64,000 bases of DNA, from the IMG/VR virus record IMGVR_UViG_3300012352_000177; one strand, written 5' to 3'. Below are positions 45,120-55,741 of this stretch, piece after piece. Below the pieces are notes generated by a model. The model saw only the letters and a program-made list of their open reading frames with translations, did not search any database and was not told where the DNA came from. The stretch comes from an uncultured virus (IMG/VR IMGVR_UViG_3300012352_000177) (Duplodnaviria > Heunggongvirae > Uroviricota > Caudoviricetes > Crassvirales). Both the position numbers and the translations under genes were made by a program. Numbering within the stretch: the stretch's first letter is position 1; each line of letters opens with the position of its first letter.

Positions 45120-48100
45120 ATGAACGAAAAAGCAATTCAAGACGCATATAAACTATTCAAGCAATCGGGTTATACAAAGAGCATTAATGAATTCAGAGTG
45201 CTCATGAGTTCTAATCAAAATGCTGTAAATGATGCATATAAATTATTTAAGCAATCGGGATATACAAAAAGCGTAGATGACTTTAAAGTGCTCATGGGTT
45301 CAGGAGCTCAAGTAAAAAAAAAACCTACTTCAGAATTGGATTCCAAATCGGGAAAACTTACTTCGGTTTCTTCTACCAATCAGAAAAGTAACGGAGAGTA
45401 TACTTTCCCGGGACAAACGGGAGTTAAGTTCAGGAAAGAAAACAATCAGTGGTATAGGAAAGATCCAACTGCTGCTGACTACATTGTAATTAAGGAGCCT
45501 GCTAGAGTTAAAAACCTAGAGAAAAACGCTTTACAAACTACATCAAATACTAAACCAAAGGGGCAAGTTGGTATGGAGCAAGGATATCTTAAAAAGGGAT
45601 ATCAAAAGATTAACAACAAGTACTACGATGGTAAAGGTGAGATATTCACCAACTATCCCGGAAAGGAAGGAAAAGCTTATAGATTCAGTAATGGTCAATG
45701 GTTTGAACAAAGCCAATATATTGACGCAAAGAATGTACTTGCTAATGGTGAAGATATGAGCGTTACTGTATTGAAGTCCCCTATCAAGGACCCAATGCGT
45801 ATAAACGCCCTAAACAAACAATTCAAGAAATGGGGTACTTCTGAGAATGGAGTATTATTAGGATTCCCGGGTAAAGAACAGAACGAATACCGAGTTGTAA
45901 ATAATCAATGGCAGAGAAGATCTCCTGAGAATAAGACTTGGGTAAATGTTACAAACCAAAACTCTGTAACAGCACTTAACGACTACTTCAAGAAACAAGT
46001 TAAGTTTGAACCTGAAAAAGTAGATAATCTTAAGCAAGATAACATATATTCTAAAAACTTTGACACCAATATTAAATCAATTAATTCATCATTAATTGGT
46101 GGAGAAGAAGAGAATGCTGTAGAGGTTCTTAGAAAGAAATTTCCTGCAGCAAATGGATGGTTATTTGAAGAGACAGGTGCAGGAGATAGAATAATAATTA
46201 CTGCCCCGAATGGTCAGAAAGAAACATTTACTCTTGACAATTGGACTTGGGATGATGATAAGAGAAATGCACAGCAAATGATTGGATGGATGCAGGCTAA
46301 TAATTTGGCTCCATCTGAGAAAGAAACTTATGATAGATATAAGAAAGCTACAGTTGCTCAAGGAGAAGGAGCAAAAGAAGAAGTAGAGACAATAGTACTA
46401 CCGGGTGGTGGTTCTTTAAATATACAGCAGCCTGTTCTTAATAAAATGTATTTGAAAAATGAAGAGGTTGCAAGGCAGGCAAGAAATGAATGGATGCCTA
46501 TTAAAAGTCAAAAGGTTCAAGATATAAAGTCTCAATATTCTGCATATATATCTGATAAGGGTGCTTTAGATAAGCATACTCAAGAAAGAGCTCAGGCAGC
46601 TCTTGGCGCATTAGCAGAAGATAAAGAGACAATAAGACAAGTTAATGCATATCAAAATGATATCAAATATAATATTGAGTCATTTAATAAAAAACAAAAA
46701 GAAGCTGAGCTATACGTAACAAGCTTAAACTCAAAGTTTTTAAATGGAGAGATAACAAAAGAAGATTTTGATTCTCAGTTAGGATCTAAACAGAAAGAAC
46801 TATTAGATCAAGAACAGGAAATAAAGAATCAAATTAAGTCATCTGATAACTTAACTAGAACAGCTAATATGGCTGCAGCAGAGAATTATCTTGTTCAGGA
46901 AACAAAAGGTAGTCTTGGAGGTGGTTTAACACTTAGCTTTATAAAAGGAATGGTTTCGCCCTTGAGATTAATTGAGGGTGCAATGGGAATGGATACAAGT
47001 GCATCTGCATGGCATAAACAAGTTACTGATGCAATAGCTCCGATTTGGGATTATGAGACATCACTTGAATACCTTCGTTCTGAAGAAAGACCTGACCTAT
47101 ATAAATCAGCGTTCTCAGTAGCTGAATCACTAGGGGCAATGGCTCCTTTAATTGCATCAGGTGGTGCTACTTTGCTTGGAGAAAGTGCTTTAGCTACAGG
47201 TACAATGACTGCAGCTGCGTTCTATCCTATGTCTTATTATGAGATGAAGGATGAACTTGAGAATATTGATATGCCTGAGGAAGATAAGATTGCTTTATCA
47301 TCCGTATATGGATTGGTATCATCTGCATTTGAATCCATAGGTATGGAGTATGCAATGGGTAAGGTAAGTACTCCTATTCAAACAGCTATAAAGAGAAACA
47401 TACTAAAGAATGTTGTAGGTAAAGAGATACCTAAAAATGCTTCAAAGGAATATATTGATGCTCTTGTAAAGAGTGAGACCAAGGCATACGTTGCAAATTT
47501 AGTTGCAAGCACTGCAGGATCAATGGCTGTTGAGGGCGGAACTGAAGCTCTTCAAAGTTTATCAGGTGCCGGTATGAAAGAAATATATGACCGGTATAAA
47601 GGGAATAATGAGCTATTTAATAATGAAGGATTACAAGGTGTAATGAAAGAAGCCCTTTACGAAGGGTACCTTGGTGCATTAGGTGGTGGTATGACGCATA
47701 GCGTTTACATAGCATCTGATGCGGTAAAACGTGGTAAAGCATTAAACAGCAAGGAGCTTGGAATGCTCATGATGGCTGCTAAGACAGATGGTATGAGTGA
47801 GACACTTATGACCAACTTAAAGTCAGATATGTTAAATGGTCGTATTACAAAGACAGAGGCTGAAGAGATTGCTAATAACTTTCAAATGGTTCGTGGCAAC
47901 ATGGAACAGATGCCTGAGAACTTAACACCTGAAGCGCAGTCTGTATCATTGAGCCTAATGATGGAGCGCGACAGACTAGATAAACAAGTCGCAGGGAAAG
48001 ACCCGAATCTCGTTAAGCCGCAGACAACGCGTATTGCTGAGATAAATAATCGTTTACAACAAATATCAGAAGAAAATGCCGTTCAAGAGCAAGCAACAGG

Positions 48101-51100
48101 TGAAGTTCCTGTACAGTCAGAAACCGGAGTTAGCGAAGAAGTGGCGGGAGGAGTATCCCAACCAACCACTGAACAAGTTACCACAGAAGGTGAGCAAGCT
48201 AAAACAGAGGTCGCTAAACAAGAAGAAAAAGTAGCTCCAAGTACTGAAGCTGAGTTAGACTTCGAGGTTACACCTGAGATTGATCAAGAGGCTGTTAACC
48301 TTGAGAAGCTATTGGCTGATGAGGGTATTACTATTGAGACACCTGTTACTGAGGCTCCTATAACAGAAGAGACTGTTACTGAGGAAGCTCCTGTAGCAGA
48401 GGCTCCTTTAGCAGAGGCTCCTGTAGTAGAAGAGACTGTTACTGAAACGCCAAATGTAGAAGTAGGTGGTATTGTAAGAGGTTATGAAACCATATCAGGA
48501 GAAGAAGCTGTAGGTGACGTAAGATCAAAGCTACCTAATCAAAACAATGGTACAGTTGTAATAGAAGGTCAAGATGGAAATCAATATGCCGTTGCGTTCT
48601 CAAGAAAAGGATCAGACGGTAAAAATATCTTTGAGCAAGGAACAACAACTCAACGTCCGGGATACATATCAGCATCTGTTAAGATTGATGAGAATGCTAC
48701 ACCTGAGCAGATACAAGTCGCTCAACAGGAAGCTCAGAGAAATCTAGAGATGATTCTACCGGCCGTTGTAAACGGGTCGATAAACACACAAGCTGTGAAC
48801 GAGATCATGGCACAACAAGCTGTTGCCCAACCATCCGGAGAAACCGGACAGTTGCCGGTTGCTGAGACAGCTGTGGTTGAAGAAGCTCCTGTAACTGAGA
48901 CAGCTCCTGTAATTGAAGCAGCTCCTGCTAAAAAGCCAAAAGCTCCTAAGAAGTTAACTAAGAAGGAAGTACTTCAGAAATATAATGATTATATCGACTC
49001 ATTGATTAAGGATGAGAAAGAGAGATCAGATAGAAGAATTGCTCAGCTTGCTAACCAAAGAAACTCAGCTACAGGTCAAAGACGTACTGAGTTAACTCAG
49101 GAGATGCAAGACTTAGAGTTTGCATTCAAAGCTAAGAAACGTGGCTTAGAGAGCAAGAAAGACGACAAGCAAGCTGCAATTGATTTCAATGAGCAAGGAA
49201 ATATTAAGCCTGCTGACATATTATTCCAACTTGACTCTAGCCAAGAGTCAGCTGATAAAAAGAAAGAGCTACTAGAAACAGCTACCGCAATGATGGAAGA
49301 GGCTGAGAAGGAAGGATTCTCTGAGACAGCTTTTACAGCAGAACAACCTGAACCACAGGTTGATTTGATTACTATTGATATTAAAGAGAATACGGAGCTA
49401 GCAGATAAGGTACAAAGAATGGGTCTTTCTGAGCTTATTGGAAAGAAAATTAACCTTGTAATGGCAGATCAACTAAAGGTTGACAAAGGTCTTATGGGTG
49501 GACCTTTCTTTCCTTTAATTAATAAGCTATTCGGAAAGGTTGCATGGGCATCTATTAATGACACAGCCGCCATAAAGATTATCAACGGAGCAATTAAGTC
49601 TGACTATACCGTGGTATATAACATGAACCCGGAAGCTATTGACTCTAATGTAGCAGTGCTTGACTCATTTGAAAGAAAGATTCAAGAGCTACCTAAGAAA
49701 ATGCAACAGCAAGTATTCACTGAGATTACTGAGTACTTAAATGAGAAGAAGTTTGGGGAGAAGACAGAGGAGATACAAAAGATAGCATCTGAGTCAAAGA
49801 ACCTAAATGACTTATTGGCTAAGCTAAATGAGTTAGATGTAGATACCATTGCTGCGGTTGTTAAGAGTGTACTACCATCAAAGACTGTTAACGCAGGAAC
49901 TAAGATTGGTGCTACACTTCAGTCTCAAAATATTAGTATTGAGGACATCAGAGCAGAGAACATCGAACAGTTTGTAGCGGACCTTCCTGCCGGAGCTTTG
50001 ACTATGGTATTGCAGGTAACTGACAAGAATGGTAAAAAGGTAACTAAGCAGACAGCAAGAGAGGCTCTTATGAGTAGAGAACAGCAAAAAGCTGAGGGTC
50101 TACCTATACATAAAAACTATCCTGTATACATTAGAGGTAAGGCAGTTGGTATCTTAAAAGAGACCACTCCTTTTTGGAATGTATTTAAGGATGCAATTAA
50201 CGAGATAAACGTAAAAGTTGCAGGTGTTGTTAAGCACTCTACAGGGAGAAACATAACATCAAAAGAGGCTCTATCTAATGAGATGAGAAGCGCGTCAATG
50301 ACTGCTTCACAGGCGAGAAAAGTTTCTGAGCCAACGGTTGATATGTATCAGAAGTTTGTAAGCGTATTGTCTCGATCTATTCCGGGAGTAAATGTTGTTA
50401 CATCTCAGAAAGAGTTCAATGACCTACTAGACAACTTAAACACTCAAAAGCTATCTACTAAAAACCAAAAGGTATATGGTGCTGTGTACAAGGGTAAGAT
50501 TTATTTGAATCCATCACTACAGAACTACAACACACCTATCCATGAGTTTGGACATATTTGGCTTAATGTAGCTAAGACAGCAAATAAAGATCTATACAAT
50601 AAAGGTATTGACCTTATTAAAGGGTCTGAATATGTTGATCAGATTAAAAACAATAAAGACTATCAGCGTGTAACAAACGAGATGGCTAAGAATGGTGCTA
50701 CTCAAGAGGAGATTGACAACTACATCTATGAGGAGGCACTAGCTACTGCAATTGGTGACAAGGGTGAGTCATTTGTTAAAGCATCTCAAGCTCTAAAAGA
50801 TTTTAAGAGTTGGTTAGATAAGCTATACTCATTTGTAAGAAAGCTAACGGGTATATCTAAGTACACGCCTGAGCAGTTACAAGACATATCACTTGATGAG
50901 TTCTTACAGGCTGTATCTGTAGACTTATTATCCGGAGAGAAGCTATTTGATGTGACCGAGGGTAGTATGTCCGATGCGCTTCAGTTAATGTCCAAGAGCA
51001 ATAACATATCTAAAATTATTGATGCAGCTAGGAAGAACAACATATCTGACCAAGCCATAAAGTTGGTATTGGCAAGAAAAGGTTTTGCTGTTTCTGATAT

Positions 51101-54100
51101 AAACGATGCATTTGATACTGCTATTCAAGCTGAAGAGAATTTAGCTGAGACGCTTGAAGGATATTCTGAGTTAATGTCTAAGGTTGATGCCATGATTGCC
51201 CGTCAACAAAAGAGAAATACAGAGCCATCTAAAATCTCTAAGAACGTGGATGCACTTGTAAGAAAATCTGATGTATATCAAAATGCTACAGACTTACAAA
51301 AGAAAGCAATTGAGGCTAATACAAAGGCTAAGACAGGTACTAGACAAACAGTTGCTCCATCATACGGTAGAATTTTAGGTGCTGTTGGAGATATTGAAAA
51401 CTTAACCTCAAAAGAAAAAATAGCTATTGCTAATAGAATAGCCAAGTTAGCTAAAGATGCATCTGCTAACTTAGCAGATGAGATTAAAGACTTAGTTAAG
51501 TCAGGTAAAATTTCAGCCAAACAAATGGTAAGTGTATTTAACAGATTGAAATCTGTTAACTTACTAAATGAGGTATCAGTGATGAAATTCATTGACTACA
51601 TGGCTAAGGTCTTTAATAACGCTGAGTATGCTCAACAAGTAAGTACAGCTAAATCATTACAGTCAAAGGTTAAGAATAACGCTAAGACTAAACTTGGTAT
51701 TGCTAACGACTTGATTTCTGAGATCCTTATAATGGCTTCTATTAACCCATCATTGATCCCATCTAAGGTGTTTAATACGTACTTGGAGACTATGAATATG
51801 CTTGGGCAAAGAACGGCTGTTCTAAAGCTTGAGGAGAGGGGAGAGCTTACGCAAAAGGTTGCTGACATTTTAGACGCAGTTAACGAGGAGTTATCTGTAG
51901 CTAGTGAAATGGCTGAACAGTTTGACAACTACGAGCAAAAAGAATTAAATAAGGAGGGTAAAGTAGACTTTGCTAAGACGTTGAAAAAAATGATAGACGA
52001 TGGCACCATCACGGAGGCTCAAGCTGACATAATGCGTAAGTACAAAGCAGAGATAGTTGATAGTGAGTCTACAAAGAAGACTGAGGAAGAGCTTGCTGAA
52101 GAGAAGAAGACTTTGCTTGGAGTTCTTAAAAAAGACGTTATAACTGATGAGGCTATTAAAGATTTACCATCAAGACTAGAGAGAGAATTAGCTAACTCAA
52201 TTAAATCATTACTTAAGACTGATGCTGTTAACAGATTGAATAACACTACATTAAAGAACTTATTAAAGTTAGTTGACAATATCAATAATGGCTTTGTTCC
52301 TCACTACGCAGAGAAAATGAAGGAGAGATTGAATGCTATTAATAGCTCATCTATATTATCATCTTCTGTTAAAAAAGCGAATCCACTTAGAGTAAGCACT
52401 GTATTAAGTAAGATTAAAGCATTCTTTACTGAGAAGTATACAAAAAGAGATTATGTTCTAGATATGGAACGTAGTATTTCTTTAGCAAATATTGATCAGG
52501 TTTTTGGTGATTTTAAGACAGAGAATATATCAGAGTCAATGTTTGAACCATCTAGAAAAGCACAAGCTGCATTTGAAACAATGTTTAAAAAGGCTCAAGA
52601 TAAGTTAGAGAAAGCAAGAAGAGATGTGTTTATTTCTTTAGGTAAGAATTCAAATAAAACAATTATGTCTGATTTTAAGATAATGACATATTTGTTGCAA
52701 CTTGAAAGTAATTCAAATCCTAACAGTAAGCAAGTAAACAATGCTGTTGACTTTATCAATGCAACAATAGCTCAAATTAATCGAAAAAAATCAGCTAACT
52801 ATACAAACAAAGATGCTAAGTTCTTAAATGAGATATTAGATAAATATACTAATCAAAGATCTTTAGAGAATAAGTATGGTAAGCCGTATGGAAAATTTAC
52901 TTCAGAAGAAAAGGCTAGTGTTGAGTTGGATATTAATAAGATCTATAACTCATTTAACTCAGCAGAAAAAGCTTCTATTAAAACTATTCAGGAAGTAAAT
53001 GACTCTATGACTGAGAAGGCTGTATACACAGCAGGAATCATTCGAGGTGATAAGATTAATCCAATTGCTGATTATGTTCCTCATATTGTAACAAAAGACA
53101 TTTTACCGGGTGAAGAGATTTCAGGAGCAAGTGATGTAAATAACTTTAATAACTCAAGAAAGCCATCTACTAAGGCTAGTAACTTAGTAGAGCGTACGGG
53201 TACTGTCACAGCAATTAGCTTTGATCCATATAAATCTACATCTAATGCAACAAAGAATGTATTATTAGATTTCTATATGACTGAGCCTATCAGGACGGCA
53301 AGGATGACAATCAATGAGACGCGTAAGAGACTAGAGGATGATGGTATTACTGAGCAACAAAATTTATTTTTAAATGCTATTGAAAATGCATTTGAGGAAG
53401 CTACAAAGAATGTATTACAAACTAACTTCCAACAAGACGAGATACTAAGTAAAGCGGCTAGTATTATTACAAAAGCCGGATATAGATCTTTGCTAGGAAC
53501 AAGTACAGTTCGTACTGCATCAGAGCTATTATCTAACATGAGTGCTGTTGCATTGATGGAAGGAAAAGCATTTCTAAAAGGAGTATCCAAAGAATTAAGG
53601 AAATACACCAATCCGGAAGAAGGACTTGAAATCATGATAAACAGTGGTTCAAATGCACCTCAACGAGTATTTGGAGGAAGTACTCAAGGTGGTATGTTTA
53701 TTGATCCTGCTATTGCAAATAGCGCAGTTGGTATGAAAGATTCAGCTGCAAAAACAAAGCTAGAGAATACAATGCAAATGATCTATAATAGATCACTTAA
53801 GCACCCTGTTAATTGGATTGAGACTACATCAGATGTAATGATGTCAGCTCCTGATATTATTGTAACAAGACCAACATGGTTTGGTGCATATGCTAATGAG
53901 TTTAAGAAGGTAGCAGGAAAGGATGTAGACTTTGATAAGATTAAGGCTAACGATGAGGCGTACATGAATGAGAATAAGGATGCCATTGAAGCTGCAACAA
54001 AGAAAGCAGATAAGGCTGTATTCAAGTTGAGTGCTACGAATAATCCTTACATGGGTATATTGAGAAATAATATCTCACCTGACTCAAAAGGTATAGCTAA

Positions 54101-55127
54101 GACTATTAAGATATTTGATAACTACTTGACTCGATTTACTATATATGAGTATACTAATGCTCGTACTGCAATCTATGCACTAGCAGGACAAGGTATGATC
54201 AGTAAGACAGAGGCTACATTATTATTAGCAGGTGTAACTACTCGTATGATTACTTACTCATTACTATTAAAAGTATTAGGTAGTTCTTTATTAGGATTGT
54301 TTATGGGTGGAGATGATGAGGATGACGATAAGAGCTTCATGCAAAAACTTGGTCAGTCAGGAGCATCAGCAGCAACAACCTTATTACTTGGTAGAAACTT
54401 TGGTAACATTATGAGAAATGCAATGGGATATGGTGCTGAGCAATTCAATAAGAACTATCTTACATTACTAAGAGAAGGTGACTACGATGCATACGAGGAT
54501 GCTATTCAATACACGATATTGCCTCAAGAGAAGAAACAAGACATGGGTCAAGGTATGGAGCTATTTGATATATATCAAAATATGCTAGGACCTTCAGGAC
54601 CTTTTATAAAGTCACTTGATTACTCACTTAGAAAATTAACTGAGGCAGATCGAGTTGCTCCGAAAGCAAGTGACAGCGATGCTGTTAAGAAGAAAAGGAT
54701 GGAGGCTGTAACTAGACAGCAGAGGGAGAGAAACATTCGTGTTCCATTAGAACTTACAGGTACGTTAGGATTTGTACCATTCTATAAAGATATAAGAAAG
54801 GTAGTCAATGAGATGATCTACGCTGATCTTAAGAAGTCTCTTAAAGAACAAGAGGCTAATAAGAAAAAGAAAGAGGAGATGTTGATGGGTTATGAGAGTA
54901 AGTCTGACATGGAGGAAAACAATCCTAAGCTTTACGAAAGACTTTACGACAAAGGTGGTAAGTATTATGCTGAAGAGGAGATTAGGTTAGCTAATGAGAA
55001 CCTAAAAAATCAACTAAGGGATATTGAAAAGAAACGTAAAAGCGGTACTATATCACCTTCGAAAGCTGCAACCTTAAAGAGAAGAGAGAAAAGAAAGGCA
55101 ACTGTAAGGATAAGAAGAGCAAGATAA
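45120..55127 (+). CDS. giant ejection/polyvalent protein with zincin-like HExxH domain
   Basis: 3335 aa; duplicated N-terminal repeat; E/A/P/V/T-rich linker; TPIHEFGHIW (HEFGH at 50541-50555) with downstream EEALA. Confidence 0.75.
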   Translation: MNEKAIQDAYKLFKQSGYTKSINEFRVLMSSNQNAVNDAYKLFKQSGYTKSVDDFKVLMGSGAQVKKKPTSELDSKSGKLTSVSSTNQKSNGEYTFPGQTGVKFRKENNQWYRKDPTAADYIVIKEPARVKNLEKNALQTTSNTKPKGQVGMEQGYLKKGYQKINNKYYDGKGEIFTNYPGKEGKAYRFSNGQWFEQSQYIDAKNVLANGEDMSVTVLKSPIKDPMRINALNKQFKKWGTSENGVLLGFPGKEQNEYRVVNNQWQRRSPENKTWVNVTNQNSVTALNDYFKKQVKFEPEKVDNLKQDNIYSKNFDTNIKSINSSLIGGEEENAVEVLRKKFPAANGWLFEETGAGDRIIITAPNGQKETFTLDNWTWDDDKRNAQQMIGWMQANNLAPSEKETYDRYKKATVAQGEGAKEEVETIVLPGGGSLNIQQPVLNKMYLKNEEVARQARNEWMPIKSQKVQDIKSQYSAYISDKGALDKHTQERAQAALGALAEDKETIRQVNAYQNDIKYNIESFNKKQKEAELYVTSLNSKFLNGEITKEDFDSQLGSKQKELLDQEQEIKNQIKSSDNLTRTANMAAAENYLVQETKGSLGGGLTLSFIKGMVSPLRLIEGAMGMDTSASAWHKQVTDAIAPIWDYETSLEYLRSEERPDLYKSAFSVAESLGAMAPLIASGGATLLGESALATGTMTAAAFYPMSYYEMKDELENIDMPEEDKIALSSVYGLVSSAFESIGMEYAMGKVSTPIQTAIKRNILKNVVGKEIPKNASKEYIDALVKSETKAYVANLVASTAGSMAVEGGTEALQSLSGAGMKEIYDRYKGNNELFNNEGLQGVMKEALYEGYLGALGGGMTHSVYIASDAVKRGKALNSKELGMLMMAAKTDGMSETLMTNLKSDMLNGRITKTEAEEIANNFQMVRGNMEQMPENLTPEAQSVSLSLMMERDRLDKQVAGKDPNLVKPQTTRIAEINNRLQQISEENAVQEQATGEVPVQSETGVSEEVAGGVSQPTTEQVTTEGEQAKTEVAKQEEKVAPSTEAELDFEVTPEIDQEAVNLEKLLADEGITIETPVTEAPITEETVTEEAPVAEAPLAEAPVVEETVTETPNVEVGGIVRGYETISGEEAVGDVRSKLPNQNNGTVVIEGQDGNQYAVAFSRKGSDGKNIFEQGTTTQRPGYISASVKIDENATPEQIQVAQQEAQRNLEMILPAVVNGSINTQAVNEIMAQQAVAQPSGETGQLPVAETAVVEEAPVTETAPVIEAAPAKKPKAPKKLTKKEVLQKYNDYIDSLIKDEKERSDRRIAQLANQRNSATGQRRTELTQEMQDLEFAFKAKKRGLESKKDDKQAAIDFNEQGNIKPADILFQLDSSQESADKKKELLETATAMMEEAEKEGFSETAFTAEQPEPQVDLITIDIKENTELADKVQRMGLSELIGKKINLVMADQLKVDKGLMGGPFFPLINKLFGKVAWASINDTAAIKIINGAIKSDYTVVYNMNPEAIDSNVAVLDSFERKIQELPKKMQQQVFTEITEYLNEKKFGEKTEEIQKIASESKNLNDLLAKLNELDVDTIAAVVKSVLPSKTVNAGTKIGATLQSQNISIEDIRAENIEQFVADLPAGALTMVLQVTDKNGKKVTKQTAREALMSREQQKAEGLPIHKNYPVYIRGKAVGILKETTPFWNVFKDAINEINVKVAGVVKHSTGRNITSKEALSNEMRSASMTASQARKVSEPTVDMYQKFVSVLSRSIPGVNVVTSQKEFNDLLDNLNTQKLSTKNQKVYGAVYKGKIYLNPSLQNYNTPIHEFGHIWLNVAKTANKDLYNKGIDLIKGSEYVDQIKNNKDYQRVTNEMAKNGATQEEIDNYIYEEALATAIGDKGESFVKASQALKDFKSWLDKLYSFVRKLTGISKYTPEQLQDISLDEFLQAVSVDLLSGEKLFDVTEGSMSDALQLMSKSNNISKIIDAARKNNISDQAIKLVLARKGFAVSDINDAFDTAIQAEENLAETLEGYSELMSKVDAMIARQQKRNTEPSKISKNVDALVRKSDVYQNATDLQKKAIEANTKAKTGTRQTVAPSYGRILGAVGDIENLTSKEKIAIANRIAKLAKDASANLADEIKDLVKSGKISAKQMVSVFNRLKSVNLLNEVSVMKFIDYMAKVFNNAEYAQQVSTAKSLQSKVKNNAKTKLGIANDLISEILIMASINPSLIPSKVFNTYLETMNMLGQRTAVLKLEERGELTQKVADILDAVNEELSVASEMAEQFDNYEQKELNKEGKVDFAKTLKKMIDDGTITEAQADIMRKYKAEIVDSESTKKTEEELAEEKKTLLGVLKKDVITDEAIKDLPSRLERELANSIKSLLKTDAVNRLNNTTLKNLLKLVDNINNGFVPHYAEKMKERLNAINSSSILSSSVKKANPLRVSTVLSKIKAFFTEKYTKRDYVLDMERSISLANIDQVFGDFKTENISESMFEPSRKAQAAFETMFKKAQDKLEKARRDVFISLGKNSNKTIMSDFKIMTYLLQLESNSNPNSKQVNNAVDFINATIAQINRKKSANYTNKDAKFLNEILDKYTNQRSLENKYGKPYGKFTSEEKASVELDINKIYNSFNSAEKASIKTIQEVNDSMTEKAVYTAGIIRGDKINPIADYVPHIVTKDILPGEEISGASDVNNFNNSRKPSTKASNLVERTGTVTAISFDPYKSTSNATKNVLLDFYMTEPIRTARMTINETRKRLEDDGITEQQNLFLNAIENAFEEATKNVLQTNFQQDEILSKAASIITKAGYRSLLGTSTVRTASELLSNMSAVALMEGKAFLKGVSKELRKYTNPEEGLEIMINSGSNAPQRVFGGSTQGGMFIDPAIANSAVGMKDSAAKTKLENTMQMIYNRSLKHPVNWIETTSDVMMSAPDIIVTRPTWFGAYANEFKKVAGKDVDFDKIKANDEAYMNENKDAIEAATKKADKAVFKLSATNNPYMGILRNNISPDSKGIAKTIKIFDNYLTRFTIYEYTNARTAIYALAGQGMISKTEATLLLAGVTTRMITYSLLLKVLGSSLLGLFMGGDDEDDDKSFMQKLGQSGASAATTLLLGRNFGNIMRNAMGYGAEQFNKNYLTLLREGDYDAYEDAIQYTILPQEKKQDMGQGMELFDIYQNMLGPSGPFIKSLDYSLRKLTEADRVAPKASDSDAVKKKRMEAVTRQQRERNIRVPLELTGTLGFVPFYKDIRKVVNEMIYADLKKSLKEQEANKKKKEEMLMGYESKSDMEENNPKLYERLYDKGGKYYAEEEIRLANENLKNQLRDIEKKRKSGTISPSKAATLKRREKRKATVRIRRAR
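48076..48234 (+). CDS. nested +1-frame basic small protein (MPFKS type)
   Basis: manual translation MPFKSKQQVKFLYSQKPELAKKWREEYPNQPLNKLPQKVSKLKQRSLNKKKK; A-rich upstream context. Confidence 0.6.
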   Translation: MPFKSKQQVKFLYSQKPELAKKWREEYPNQPLNKLPQKVSKLKQRSLNKKKK

Positions 55128-55128
55128 G

Positions 55129-55150
55129 AGTAGTGCCGAAAGGCACTACT
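55129..55150. terminator. hairpin between convergent arms
   Basis: AGTAGTGCC-GAAA-GGCACTACT perfect 9-bp stem; no U tract. Confidence 0.55.
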
Positions 55151-55559
55151 TAAACCTTATGTACTTAAACTCTTTTTGTTTGTCGTAGTAAGCCATTAGC
55201 TCATTATCGTTAGTGGCTCCTTCTCTGCTAGGTCTACCACCCAACCGGATGGTTCCGTATATAGAGAATATCTTACCATAGATGATACCATCTTCGCATG
55301 ACCATATAACAACGGGGTTTAGTCTTTTATCAGATAACTTGTGTAGTTTACGTATGGCAATAGGGAGAGGATACGCGTCTCTCATGGTACGTATCCTTCC
55401 CTTTACCTCGACATAAGCAATTAGTTTCTTGTCCTTATCAAAGACCTTATAGTCTACATCGTGTGGACCTAACTTCTCGTATGATCCTCCGAATATTGCA
55501 ACAAATGTTTCTATGGCTTTTTTCTCTCTTCGTCTGTCTTCTTCTGATTCAAAAGTCAT
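55146..55559 (-). CDS. PD-(D/E)XK endonuclease-like protein
   Basis: DVDY...YVEVKGR. Confidence 0.7.
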   Translation of the reverse strand: MTFESEEDRRREKKAIETFVAIFGGSYEKLGPHDVDYKVFDKDKKLIAYVEVKGRIRTMRDAYPLPIAIRKLHKLSDKRLNPVVIWSCEDGIIYGKIFSIYGTIRLGGRPSREGATNDNELMAYYDKQKEFKYIRFK

Positions 55560-55737
55560 CGTGCTCTATAGATTTTAAAAGCATACGTAGCTCGGAGATA
55601 ACGGAGATGATATCCTTGTCGACCTTGTGAAACTCACGGTCAACTAATCTTTCATAGATATCAGCTAAGGACTTGTGACATATGTCAATTGTGAAGGCTA
55701 TACGCCTTGCTCTGTCCATTTCATTATTCCCCTCCAT
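55549..55737 (-). CDS. hypothetical protein
   Basis: IYERLVDRE; in operon. Confidence 0.6.
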   Translation of the reverse strand: MEGNNEMDRARRIAFTIDICHKSLADIYERLVDREFHKVDKDIISVISELRMLLKSIEHDDF

Positions 55738-55741
55738 ACGC

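Noticed and set aside
45120..55127. Virion RNA polymerase (crAss- or N4-type)
   Set aside because: No catalytic DxDxD or T7-like motifs recognised
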